Sequence record: NC_049977.1
Reading direction: 5' to 3' (one strand)
Length of the DNA stretch: 32,000 nucleotides
Origin: Bacteroides phage crAss001
In this document: positions 9,482-18,955 of the stretch, piece by piece
Layout of the letters: the number at the start of each line of letters is the position of its first letter
How positions within the stretch are numbered: position 1 is the stretch's first letter
Notes under the pieces: generated by a model
What the model saw: the letters and a program-made list of their open reading frames with translations, nothing else
Told to the model about the DNA's origin: nothing
The model's database searches: none
Position numbers and translations under genes: made by a program

Positions 9482-9918
9482 AATATACCTTTTGCATGAA
9501 GATAATATCTAACTATATCCCAATCCACATAAGGTCTATCAGAAATATAACTATGTTTCAAGGGAACTCCCAAAGCTGCATCATCAATATAGATGTGTGC
9601 ATAAGGTTTAGGTGATGAAGTCCAATCCTTTTGAGTTGGGTTTTCATTCACACCAAACAAAGGAATATCATGTTTCTTGAACCAGTCTATTGCATCCTGC
9701 AACCCATCACTGGGTAATTTAGCTGGCTTAGTCTTGCCATAACCAAATTCCTCTGTTTCTTCTGCTCCATCTAACTGATGGCTTCTCATAGTAAACAGTA
9801 TAATCTTATGACCTTTATCAGTCAATTCTTTCAAGACTTCTGCTGCTCCTATCTCTGCTCCTACTCTTGGGAACTCATGTGTAACACAAGTTCCATCAAA
9901 GTCAACTGCTATAATCAT
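9478..9918 (-). CDS. HAD-superfamily hydrolase
   Basis: MIIAVDFDGTCVTHEFP (DxDGT motif I), KIILFTMRSH (motif II), IYIDDAALG (motif IV). Confidence 0.85.
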   Translation of the reverse strand: MIIAVDFDGTCVTHEFPRVGAEIGAAEVLKELTDKGHKIILFTMRSHQLDGAEETEEFGYGKTKPAKLPSDGLQDAIDWFKKHDIPLFGVNENPTQKDWTSSPKPYAHIYIDDAALGVPLKHSYISDRPYVDWDIVRYYLHAKGIL

Positions 9919-10358
9919 TCTTCAATTATTGTTTTATATCTTTCATAAGTCTTTCTTATTACTTCTTCACCAATAGGATTTTCCCTTTTAAAGTCCCTTT
10001 CAATACATACTTCAAGAGGTATAAAGAAATCCTTATACTCTAAGGAATAGCAATTTGCATAACCTAAAACACTGTCAACTAAGTTTTCATAGTATTCTAC
10101 TTCTTTTGGATTAAGGTTCATGTTATCAATAACAATATCATATCCAAATTCCATAGCACTTACCATGAAGTCTTTCTTTATATCAGATACAAGATGTTCT
10201 CTACTTGGAACCCAATATTTACCAAGCATATTCCTGATGTCATCATTATTGAACCTTACTCTATGCTCTGGGTCTTCAAGTACCCACTGTTTAGCCCATG
10301 TAGTTTTACCTGAGCCTTGTATTCCTCTACACAAAATTATCTTACTCATAACCTGCAT
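9915..10358 (-). CDS. P-loop (polynucleotide) kinase, T4 PseT kinase-domain-like
   Basis: KIILCRGIQGSGKTTWAKQW Walker A, RFNNDDIRNMLG, DIVIDNMNLNPKE. Confidence 0.8.
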   Translation of the reverse strand: MQVMSKIILCRGIQGSGKTTWAKQWVLEDPEHRVRFNNDDIRNMLGKYWVPSREHLVSDIKKDFMVSAMEFGYDIVIDNMNLNPKEVEYYENLVDSVLGYANCYSLEYKDFFIPLEVCIERDFKRENPIGEEVIRKTYERYKTIIEE

Positions 10359-10767
10359 CTATTTGTCTAATTCTTTCTTTACAAATATGAATTATCTTTT
10401 CATAATCTAATCTTCTTCCATCAGTTTCCTTAGTTCTCAAGACTCTTTTAATAATATCTGCATCCCAAGGATTAAGTTTATATTCTAACCATATATCCCA
10501 AGGCTGAATCTTGTGCTTAGAATAATCAGATTGTCCTACATTATAGCTTCTAACATCTTCTTGAGTCTGAGACACTTGAAGAGTATTGGGTAATGAGAAG
10601 CTTTTGAAGAAATAATTATAATTCCATTCATGCTCTTCTTTAGTATCATCTACTAAATAAATACTGGTATTTTTTATTTTAGTTACAGTATAACATTTGC
10701 CTACATCAAAGTGTAAACTCTTTTTTCCTTCATATATGACCTTATCACCTACTTTTAACATTCCCAT
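10342..10767 (-). CDS. Hypothetical protein (141 aa)
   Basis: Intact ORF in gene array. Confidence 0.65.
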   Translation of the reverse strand: MGMLKVGDKVIYEGKKSLHFDVGKCYTVTKIKNTSIYLVDDTKEEHEWNYNYFFKSFSLPNTLQVSQTQEDVRSYNVGQSDYSKHKIQPWDIWLEYKLNPWDADIIKRVLRTKETDGRRLDYEKIIHICKERIRQIDAGYE

Positions 10768-11092
10768 TATTACTTTCCTCCCAATCTTCTAATGTTACAA
10801 ACTTGTCAAGGAATTGCCTTTTCTCCCTAACATAATAATGACCATTTTTGAGACTCATATAGAGAACTGCATCTATCCATTCTCCACTATCCATGTCTTT
10901 CATCTTTACTACACCCTTAGCATAATATTGATTCTTGGTCTTGGGATAGACATAGATTCTCTTCTTTTGCTTACAACTTAACAAGTGGATAGTGTAAATA
11001 AGCCCACATAGGACTATTACAACTACCCCTGTTATTATAAATACTTTCCAAATCTCCATACTAATGAATCCAATAATTAGGTAAACTACCAT
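10745..11092 (-). CDS. Hypothetical protein with N-terminal transmembrane segment
   Basis: Hydrophobic stretch VFIITGVVVIVLCGLIYTIHLL near the N-terminus. Confidence 0.65.
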   Translation of the reverse strand: MVVYLIIGFISMEIWKVFIITGVVVIVLCGLIYTIHLLSCKQKKRIYVYPKTKNQYYAKGVVKMKDMDSGEWIDAVLYMSLKNGHYYVREKRQFLDKFVTLEDWEESNNGNVKSR

Positions 11093-13181
11093 CTTTCATT
11101 CTACTCATATCAGCATCAAGTTTACACCTCTTAACAAAGAATCCTCCAGCCTTAACCATACAGTTATATAAAGTTTCAGCTACATTTTCAGCTATATCCT
11201 CAGGAGCTTCACAATTAATTTCATCATAAGGAGTAACAGTAATAAGAACTTTAAATAACAGGTTATTGTTCCTTAAATACTCAAAGAAATTAACCATGCT
11301 TACCTTATAACATAAAGCTCCTGTATGTTGTATTGGGTAATTAACTGATTGTCTATCTGATGCAGCTTTTCTTTTAAAGAAATATTTAACTTTTTGTACT
11401 GTATATGATGTAGGACTTATTTCCTTCATCTCTCTATAGTGTTCCCAAAATCCTGGTTCTTTAAAAGACTCTTGAAGAGATTTTAGATAATTATAGTCAT
11501 AAATATAAGCTTTATATCCTACAACAGGATTTAAATCTATATATCCTTTTTCAAACCAGTCTCTTCTCCTATAATCTTGATACCTCTTTAAGCCATTAAA
11601 ACCTTTCATATAATTATTATAGATTTCCTTAGCTCTTTCAGGGGACAAACCAAAGTTTCTCATAATAGTGGTATCATTTCCAGCATAATTAAAAGCAAAC
11701 TCATATCCCTTAGCTTCACTTCTAAGTTTATGATACTTCTCCTTTATTTGTTCTACTGGAAAATCTCTTGGAATTTCATTAAATACCATCTTAGCTGTTA
11801 GGCTATGAAGGTCCTTACTTCCTTCCATAAGCTCATGAATCATAGCTTTATCATTAGCTACATCAGCCATTATAAAGCTTTCTTGACCTGAATAATCAAT
11901 AGAAATCCACTTGTTTCCTTTCTCAGAAACAAAACAAGCTCTTGTCTCCTCATCAGCAGGAAGGTTCAAGAAATTAATATAATCAACCTTATTAGCCTTA
12001 TCTTTACCCCCTGAACTTATTCTTGCTGTATCAGTGCCTATTGGATTAAAGTTAGTATGGAGTCTTCCTGTTACTGGGTTAATTTGTTTCAAGAAATTTT
12101 CCCCATATACACTTACCACTTTAAAAGCTTCTTTATAGTCAAGATATAAAGGAATAAGACCACATTTATCCGCTTGAGGTTTTAATACTTTAGCATCAAT
12201 ACTGTCCTTATCTTCACCTGTCTTCCTATCCTCAACTTCAACTTGTACTCCATATTTTTTAAATATAGGTATGACCTGTTGAGTACTATTCCAGTTAAGA
12301 GTAACTTGAGGTTCAGTATTAAACCCATTAAACAGGTCTCCTTGTCTATTAACTACTATGTATTTAGAATTGGGTTCATGTTCTATAAACCATTTATTCA
12401 TAGAATTTAAAGCTTTTTGCAACCTCTCATTATCCTTCTTCATCTTAGCTTCCCATTTAGATTTATCAATCTTTACTCCACAAAACTCCATGTAAGCAAG
12501 AGATAATATAAATCTATTCTCGTAGTCTATAGCATTAAGTAATCCCTTCTTTTTTAACTCCTCTTCTTGACAATCCTTAATTTTTTCCAGATACTTTACA
12601 TCATAAGCAGAATATACTATAACATCCTCACTAAGACCTTTATAGATAATCTGTCCTCTTATAGACTTATCAAGTTCAACTCCAAGATACATTTGACCTG
12701 CTTTCTTTAAATTCATATATAGAATATAATAAGCTTTAGTCTTTTTCTTAGGGTCTTCTGGAACAAAATCATATCTATCACACTTAATATTGTCAAATGT
12801 TTCAGGAGTTAATACTATGGGATAGCCTAACCACATTAATTTTTCAGCAAGGAACCCATCATAAACTCTTTTTGGGACTATACCATATTTATATAACCAT
12901 TTTAAATCAAATCTTGCATTCCAGAACAGAAATAATCTATCTGATTCAAGATATTCTTTATAAAAGGTTATATCAACAGTTGTACAGTCAATTACTACTT
13001 GAAACTCAAAGCAGCCAAGCTGCAAGGACAATAAGTTATCTATATGACAGTTTATCCCAGTAGTTTCAGTATCTAACCCTACTATAGATAAAGGTTGAAG
13101 GAGCCTTAAGGACTCCTTCACACTTATTATCTTATATTTATCAGATTCAGGTAGTATTTGTTGAGTTACTACATAAATCAT
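11061..13181 (-). CDS. Family A DNA polymerase with 3'-5' exonuclease domain
   Basis: Exo: VGLDTETTG, FWNARFDLKWL, YSAYDVKYL. Polymerase: motif A WISIDYSGQESFI, motif B RSEAKGYEFAFNYAG, motif C VTPYDEINCEAPE. Confidence 0.92.
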   Translation of the reverse strand: MIYVVTQQILPESDKYKIISVKESLRLLQPLSIVGLDTETTGINCHIDNLLSLQLGCFEFQVVIDCTTVDITFYKEYLESDRLFLFWNARFDLKWLYKYGIVPKRVYDGFLAEKLMWLGYPIVLTPETFDNIKCDRYDFVPEDPKKKTKAYYILYMNLKKAGQMYLGVELDKSIRGQIIYKGLSEDVIVYSAYDVKYLEKIKDCQEEELKKKGLLNAIDYENRFILSLAYMEFCGVKIDKSKWEAKMKKDNERLQKALNSMNKWFIEHEPNSKYIVVNRQGDLFNGFNTEPQVTLNWNSTQQVIPIFKKYGVQVEVEDRKTGEDKDSIDAKVLKPQADKCGLIPLYLDYKEAFKVVSVYGENFLKQINPVTGRLHTNFNPIGTDTARISSGGKDKANKVDYINFLNLPADEETRACFVSEKGNKWISIDYSGQESFIMADVANDKAMIHELMEGSKDLHSLTAKMVFNEIPRDFPVEQIKEKYHKLRSEAKGYEFAFNYAGNDTTIMRNFGLSPERAKEIYNNYMKGFNGLKRYQDYRRRDWFEKGYIDLNPVVGYKAYIYDYNYLKSLQESFKEPGFWEHYREMKEISPTSYTVQKVKYFFKRKAASDRQSVNYPIQHTGALCYKVSMVNFFEYLRNNNLLFKVLITVTPYDEINCEAPEDIAENVAETLYNCMVKAGGFFVKRCKLDADMSRMKDGSLPNYWIH

Positions 13182-13495
13182 ATATTCACTATTGCATCAA
13201 TCAACTCTTGCTCTTCTTCTGGTGTGACTTCAAAGGTAATAGCATAACCTACTCCCATTACATAGTCTATAGATTTAACTACTGCCTCAGCTTCTTCAAG
13301 ATATTCTCCCTCAACTATTATTGGACCACCTGATGGGTCTATGAACTTTTTCTTCTTATCTGTCAAACCACTCCTCATAGTATATGTGGAAGTCTTTAAC
13401 ATATAAGTGTGTGACTCACTGCCATCTGGCTTAACTAATCTCCTAAGATAGTTGTGTTCCTCTCCTCTTGATTTTAACTCTATTAAGTCTTTCAT
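13178..13495 (-). CDS. Hypothetical protein (105 aa)
   Basis: Intact ORF overlapping the polymerase ORF by 4 nt. Confidence 0.7.
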   Translation of the reverse strand: MKDLIELKSRGEEHNYLRRLVKPDGSESHTYMLKTSTYTMRSGLTDKKKKFIDPSGGPIIVEGEYLEEAEAVVKSIDYVMGVGYAITFEVTPEEEQELIDAIVNI

Positions 13496-14007
13496 ACCAT
13501 TGAATATGCTACTAATTCATCAAAATTCAGTACATACCTATACTTCTGAAAGAAAGTACTACCCAAGATTCCATGCAGGTTAATACCATACTCCTGTTTA
13601 ATCATTCCAAATGCCTGACTTAAGTCTACTACTTGGAAATCATCTTCATAGCTTTGACTTCTATAGCCCACATCCATTCTGATATAGCCTCTATCCTCTT
13701 TAACAGTACCCTCAATTCCTATTCCAAAGCCTGTCTCTCCAGTATCTACATAAGATAACCCTTCCAGAGCAGCCTCATTAATTGAAGAATAAGATGCACC
13801 AGTATCAAGAAGGAAGTTCAGTTTCCTGCCATTATTCATAAATGTAACAATTGGCAGTTCAACCAAATCCATAGACTCTCTAAATGAAATTCTTCCTACT
13901 TTAGGGTCTATCTTCCTTCTATTCATTATTAGATTAACAACTCCAGCAATAATGGCTACACAAGCCAGTACCACTATCATTGCTACAATTTTCCATACAA
14001 ACTCCAT
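13492..14007 (-). CDS. Membrane-anchored retropepsin-like aspartic protease
   Basis: N-terminal TM (IVAMIVVLACVAIIAGVVNLIM), catalytic LNFLLDTGASYSSINEAAL (DTGA), later HGILGSTFFQKYRYVLNFD (ILG motif of the retroviral-type aspartyl protease fold). Confidence 0.78.
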   Translation of the reverse strand: MEFVWKIVAMIVVLACVAIIAGVVNLIMNRRKIDPKVGRISFRESMDLVELPIVTFMNNGRKLNFLLDTGASYSSINEAALEGLSYVDTGETGFGIGIEGTVKEDRGYIRMDVGYRSQSYEDDFQVVDLSQAFGMIKQEYGINLHGILGSTFFQKYRYVLNFDELVAYSMV

Positions 14008-14023
14008 GTTTCATGTTTTTTTT

Positions 14024-14569
14024 TTAGTGATTAGATTCTTGAAACTCCCACACATAACCTCCTGCTGACTTAGTAGTAAACATATAGCCTTTAGAGTCTT
14101 TACATATCTTCTTGTTACAACAGTCTGATATGTGAGTACTTGCTATCCCAGTGCTTCTTGAAGCTGCTTGAGCTGATTCAAATACAGCTATTATTTTTCT
14201 ATCTTTAGTCATTTGAATAACTGGTTTAGGTGCATTAATAGAGCCTAAGACTCTTTTAGTCAGCAATTCTTTCCTTGATTTATTACCATAAGATAAATTG
14301 TAACTTTGGGTACACCATTCCAAATTCTCAGCTCTATTATTTGAAGGATTTTCATCCTTATGATTTATAACTGGATAGTTGTTAGGATTAGGGATAAATA
14401 AAGATGCTACCAATCTATGTACTTGACAAGTTTTCTTTATCTTTCCATAACTAAGATTTACATACTTGTAACCATTCTTATATTTTCCTTTTAGAATGTT
14501 CCCTGTTTTAATATTCCTAACTTCTCCCTCAGAGCTAACCTCATAATTTGAATCTAATCTTTTATACAT
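14024..14569 (-). CDS. HNH homing endonuclease (NUMOD4-HNH-NUMOD1-like)
   Basis: YKRLDSNYEVSSEGEVRNIKTG, CQVHRLVASLFIPNPNNYPVINHKDENPSNNRAENLEWCTQSYNLSYG, C-terminal KPVIQMTKDRKIIAVFESAQAASRSTGI. Confidence 0.92.
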   Translation of the reverse strand: MYKRLDSNYEVSSEGEVRNIKTGNILKGKYKNGYKYVNLSYGKIKKTCQVHRLVASLFIPNPNNYPVINHKDENPSNNRAENLEWCTQSYNLSYGNKSRKELLTKRVLGSINAPKPVIQMTKDRKIIAVFESAQAASRSTGIASTHISDCCNKKICKDSKGYMFTTKSAGGYVWEFQESNH

Positions 14570-14583
14570 ATTTTTTTTTCCTT

Positions 14584-15051
14584 TTAGAATCCACTACTTC
14601 CTATTCCACCCCTACCTTCATTTCCAAGGAAATCCACAGGCTCCAGAAGTGGTTTAGATGATAACAGCCATTTTAATTTCTGCCATACAGTAGCAAATTG
14701 AGATAATTTAACCTCAAACTGGCATACCCTTGTACCTTTAGGAATAGTTACAGCCTTGAAAGCATATAATGGTGCTCTCCATTCATCTGTATCACCATTA
14801 TAAATGGTGTCAATGAACCCAAGACCATTAGCAATAGTCACTCCTAACTTACTTGGGGCACTACTTCTACTATAAATCTTAGCTACCATTCCTTTGGGAA
14901 GTTCAGTTGCAATACCTAACTTTGCAACATAAACTTCTCCTTTCTTTAAAGTCACATCTTCTGCCAGACATAAGTCAAAGCAATCTGACTTATCCTCTCC
15001 TGTTCTCACAGGAAAACAACCTTTTGTTATTTCTTTTACTTTTATTTTCAT
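14584..15051 (-). CDS. dut: dUTP diphosphatase (dUTPase); true start probably ATG at 15051 rather than 15099
   Basis: MKIKVKEITKG start, VAKIYSRSSAPSKLGVTIANGLGFIDTIYNGDTDEW, KGTRVCQFEV, C-terminal LGNEGRGGIGSSGF. The ATG at 15051 is immediately after the RNR stop at 15053; the longer track ORF would overlap RNR. Confidence 0.93.
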   Translation of the reverse strand: MKIKVKEITKGCFPVRTGEDKSDCFDLCLAEDVTLKKGEVYVAKLGIATELPKGMVAKIYSRSSAPSKLGVTIANGLGFIDTIYNGDTDEWRAPLYAFKAVTIPKGTRVCQFEVKLSQFATVWQKLKWLLSSKPLLEPVDFLGNEGRGGIGSSGF

Positions 15052-15052
15052 A

Positions 15053-17662
15053 TTATAAACATTTACTATACCCACAATCTTTACAGTGAATACAACCACC
15101 TTCTCTTACCAAAGTACCACCACAGTCAGGACATACCTCACCCTTAATTTCTTCATTAGGGATATACTTACTAAGTACTCTACACATAGCTGAACTAAAT
15201 GAAGTAATATTGTCATTGACCTTCTTTGCAGTCTTGACAATATACTTAATATCTACTCCATGTCTTAACAACATAGATGAATACAAGGTAGCTGCATTCT
15301 CTTCAACATTTTCATTAGCTAACTCAAGATTATCTATATGAAAGACATCTGATGTAAAGCTATAGTGCATCTTACTTACTTTAGTTATAACACCCTTATG
15401 AGGTTTAAAGCTGATAGGATTCCTTGGTCTGAATGCAAAGATTTCATAAGGTTTAGACTCTAACATACCCACTAAGATAATAAACTGTTCACCTTTTGCT
15501 TTAATCAAATAAGCATCAGCTTCAAGTTCTTTAGGTCTTTTAGGAGCTTGTCTTCCTTCAATAGTCTTAGGTTTCTCAACCTGAGTCAATACACCTTCCC
15601 TACATCCATCTCTGTAAATGGTGATACCTTTCAATCCCTGTTTCCATGCTTCAATATAGATGTCAGCAATCTCTTCTTCTGTAGTTTCTTTAGCCAGATT
15701 AACTGTACTACTAATACTATGAGTAATATATTTCTGAACTACTCCTTGTAACTTAACTCTCTGTCTCCAATCAATCTCTGGTGCAGTAGAACCATAATAA
15801 GGACTTTCCTTCCAAACTTCCTCCCATATTCCCAAGCTCCATTCATTAACTTCTGACTCACTATAGTTCATAGTTTCTATTGCCCATCTCTTCAAGTTAG
15901 GATGAACTACTGTAAACAGAGTGTATTTCTCACCTACTTTATCTACATAATCTACCCTATCACTTTCAGACATACACTTCCTCTTTCTTTGATAGAAAGG
16001 CAGGAATATTGGTTCAATACCACTACTTGTACCAGCCATAATACTTACAGTTCCAGTAGGAGCTACAGTAGACCAACTTATGTTCCTTCTACCATATTGA
16101 AACATTCTCCTTGCTTCACTATTATAATCTTTGCATAATATAGTGAACCAGTCATTCTGACCACTTCCACCATCATCCCATCCAGCATGAAATTCTTGCC
16201 TAACATTCCAAACAGGAAATGGACCTCTTTCAATAGCCATATCAATATTACTATCAAGCTGACCTTTGAACATGACTTTCATCAACTGTTCAACCTGACT
16301 AATACCTTCATCAGAGTCATACTTCAAGCCTAACATAGCTATTGCATCAGCTAACCCAGTAAAACCTAAACCAGCTCTTCTTCCTCTAATAGCAGTCTCC
16401 TTGATTTTACTCCATAGCTTGAACTCAGTATCATCAGTATCATTCTTCACTGTATCAATAATCCTATCAACAGCTTCAATCTCTAAATCAACTAAATCAT
16501 CAGCTAATCTCATAGCTTCATAAGAGTGCATATATAGTAACTCTTCATCAATATGAGCTTTATCTGTAAATGGGTCTACAATATAACTACTAAGATTAAT
16601 ATGAATTAATCTACAACTATCAAAAGGACCCATTGGAATCTCTCCACAAGGATTTGTACTCACCATCTTAAAGTCAGGATATACACCATCAGGAGAATAG
16701 TTGTGCATTGCTCCTTCAAACATAATCCCTGGCTCTGCTGTATTCCAAGCACAGTGCATAAGGGTATTCCATAGCTCTCTTGCTTTAATTAGCTTAATGA
16801 ATCTTCCCTTTCCTATTGAATATAGTTTGTTATACTCTCTCTTACCATCAAAGAGTTCATTATACTGAATGCACACAGTATTACCAAACTCATCTGTCTC
16901 TTTGTAAGAAAGGTCAGATTCATCTACTGGAAATCTAAGGGTATAATCCTTATTCTCTATTACTGCCTGCATGAATTCATCAGTAACTTTAACTGATATA
17001 TTAGCTCCAGTTACCTTAGCTAAGTCCTGCTTCTTGGTTATAAACTCCTCAATATCAGGATGATTGATACTCATACTTAACATAAGAGCACCTCTTCTTC
17101 CATTCTGAGCAACCTCATTGGTTATATCTGAACATACATCCATGAAAGATGCTGCACCTGTTGAAGATTTAGCTGCATTATTAACCTTAGCTCCTCTTGG
17201 TCTAAGTTGAGATAAATCATAACCAACTCCACCTCTTCTTTTCATAAGTTGAGCCTGTTGGCTTCTTGTCTTCATTATCTCTGAATAACTGTCCTTTGGA
17301 CTGCCTATTACAAAGCAATTACTAAGACTTACTAATGCTCCAGTTCCACAACCAGACATAACTGAACCTCCGGGTATAATATACTTGAAGTCCTTAAATA
17401 ATTCATAGATAGCTTCTTCATCAAGATTAGGTCTTTGATAACCATAGTTTGAGAGTTTCATAGCTTTATGATTGGGCATATCCCAATCATAGTTATTCTC
17501 TACTCTTGCAAATTCCTTAGCTAATCTCCTGTGTGTATCATCAGGAGTTTGCTCTCCATCTGCTGCATACTTATTTCTCCAAGTAGAAGCTGCCAGTTCA
17601 TCCCCTTTAAAATATTCTAACTCTGTCATGCTGGTACTAAATTCTTTATTTCCATAATACAA
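15053..17662 (-). CDS. nrdJ: Adenosylcobalamin-dependent (class II) ribonucleotide reductase
   Basis: GGSVMSGCGTGALVSLSNCFVIG, RRGGVGYDLSQLRPRG, NPCGEIPMG, PTGTVSIMAGTSSGIEPIF, C-terminal zinc-binding CPDCGGTLVREGGCIHCKDCGYSKC. Confidence 0.93.
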   Translation of the reverse strand: MYYGNKEFSTSMTELEYFKGDELAASTWRNKYAADGEQTPDDTHRRLAKEFARVENNYDWDMPNHKAMKLSNYGYQRPNLDEEAIYELFKDFKYIIPGGSVMSGCGTGALVSLSNCFVIGSPKDSYSEIMKTRSQQAQLMKRRGGVGYDLSQLRPRGAKVNNAAKSSTGAASFMDVCSDITNEVAQNGRRGALMLSMSINHPDIEEFITKKQDLAKVTGANISVKVTDEFMQAVIENKDYTLRFPVDESDLSYKETDEFGNTVCIQYNELFDGKREYNKLYSIGKGRFIKLIKARELWNTLMHCAWNTAEPGIMFEGAMHNYSPDGVYPDFKMVSTNPCGEIPMGPFDSCRLIHINLSSYIVDPFTDKAHIDEELLYMHSYEAMRLADDLVDLEIEAVDRIIDTVKNDTDDTEFKLWSKIKETAIRGRRAGLGFTGLADAIAMLGLKYDSDEGISQVEQLMKVMFKGQLDSNIDMAIERGPFPVWNVRQEFHAGWDDGGSGQNDWFTILCKDYNSEARRMFQYGRRNISWSTVAPTGTVSIMAGTSSGIEPIFLPFYQRKRKCMSESDRVDYVDKVGEKYTLFTVVHPNLKRWAIETMNYSESEVNEWSLGIWEEVWKESPYYGSTAPEIDWRQRVKLQGVVQKYITHSISSTVNLAKETTEEEIADIYIEAWKQGLKGITIYRDGCREGVLTQVEKPKTIEGRQAPKRPKELEADAYLIKAKGEQFIILVGMLESKPYEIFAFRPRNPISFKPHKGVITKVSKMHYSFTSDVFHIDNLELANENVEENAATLYSSMLLRHGVDIKYIVKTAKKVNDNITSFSSAMCRVLSKYIPNEEIKGEVCPDCGGTLVREGGCIHCKDCGYSKCL

Positions 17663-18669
17663 TCATTTGCCATCACTTCCTTACTATATTTCAAGTTAGG
17701 ATTAGTAAGATAATAATTTAGGTCTGTAAGAATCTTCCTCCAATCCCTATATATCTTACTTGTTTCATCCTTTAAATCTACCATACCAAAGTTCCCATAG
17801 AATTCCCACACAATAGGAGCAATTGTTCTTCTATTGATAACAATGAATTGATAATGCTGAATCTTGAACTCACTGAAATAAGGGTCTCTCTTGATACACT
17901 CTTGAAGAATATATGTATATAGCTTAGCTTGAATATCATATCTCCAATGAGCAAAGGAGTCTTGAAAGTTCTCCTCAGGATACCCAGTAGTCTTTAAGTC
18001 TATTGGATAGATAATCTTATTATGATGGTCCACAATAAGTTCATCAAACATACATCTCACTGGTATTCCATTCCATTCAGCCTTGAACTTCAATTGAAAC
18101 ACCTTCTCAATATCATCTCTCCAAGGGTCTATATAAAAGAAGTTCTTGGTTATTGAGTTGGTTCTTAATTCATCAACACACAGAGAGACATCATTATAAT
18201 CCTTTTGGGATAATATAGTCTTATCTCCTGCCAGTGCAAGTAGTGAATAATACTCATTGCAGCTCTCTTTTACCTTCTTTATTCTGGTAGCTTTATAAGA
18301 GTCCCCTGTATAATATCCATTGGCTACAGCCACACTACTAATCACTTCATCATCAATAGTATCTACCCTTCTATGTGTATCTCCATACTTGGAGAATAAT
18401 ACTTTGGTGATACTTATCAGGTTATCTGATAGATTAGGAAACTCACATACAATGAATCTTTCAGCAAAGGCTTGTTCCCCATCAGTAAGCATACAATCCA
18501 CTGCACTACCAAATAGTAATGCTGGACTATCTACCTTATCAAAGAGAGAACTAAGATTCCTCCATCCTTCCCTTTCAAATCTTGATAATGTAGAGTAACT
18601 GATTGCAGGGTCTTTCCTGTACTCTTCCTCTGTTACATTCCAAGATAGTTCTTTAATACTCTTCATCAT
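17626..18669 (-). CDS. PD-(D/E)XK exonuclease (Cas4/RecB/ExoVIII-like)
   Basis: ALLFGSAVDCMLTD, GIPVRCMFDELIVDHHNKIIYPIDLKTTG (D...DxK), FAHWRYDIQAKLYTYIL (QxxxY). Confidence 0.85.
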   Translation of the reverse strand: MMKSIKELSWNVTEEEYRKDPAISYSTLSRFEREGWRNLSSLFDKVDSPALLFGSAVDCMLTDGEQAFAERFIVCEFPNLSDNLISITKVLFSKYGDTHRRVDTIDDEVISSVAVANGYYTGDSYKATRIKKVKESCNEYYSLLALAGDKTILSQKDYNDVSLCVDELRTNSITKNFFYIDPWRDDIEKVFQLKFKAEWNGIPVRCMFDELIVDHHNKIIYPIDLKTTGYPEENFQDSFAHWRYDIQAKLYTYILQECIKRDPYFSEFKIQHYQFIVINRRTIAPIVWEFYGNFGMVDLKDETSKIYRDWRKILTDLNYYLTNPNLKYSKEVMANDCIMEIKNLVPA

Positions 18670-18955
18670 AGTATTCCTCCTCTATGTCTTCTTCCCATTC
18701 ATTACTGGGAACTTCAAGCTGGGTTAAATATACATCCACCTCAGCCTTTAAATTACTCAACTCTGTCAAGTCCACATCAAGATACTCCTGTTTAGGATTT
18801 TCACTCTTGATATTCTTCCTTGTCTTGAATATTGCTGAATCCACTAAGTCCTTGAGTGACTCAAAATCTCTGCTCTGAATAAACTGTTCACCTAAAGTTA
18901 TATCACTCTTGGGTAAACTGTTGAGCAATTTCCTCATTCTTTCTATGGCTTTCAT
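18653..18955 (-). CDS. Hypothetical protein (100 aa)
   Basis: Intact ORF; acidic C-terminus. Overlaps the next ORF by 53 nt, so the real start may be internal. Confidence 0.6.
   Translation of the reverse strand: MKAIERMRKLLNSLPKSDITLGEQFIQSRDFESLKDLVDSAIFKTRKNIKSENPKQEYLDVDLTELSNLKAEVDVYLTQLEVPSNEWEEDIEEEYYDEEY

Noticed and set aside
15051-15099. N-terminal extension of the dUTPase ORF (MVVFTVKIVGIVNVY)
   Set aside because: Overlaps the RNR C-terminal zinc-ribbon coding region; the ATG at 15051 fits dUTPase homology and gene packing.
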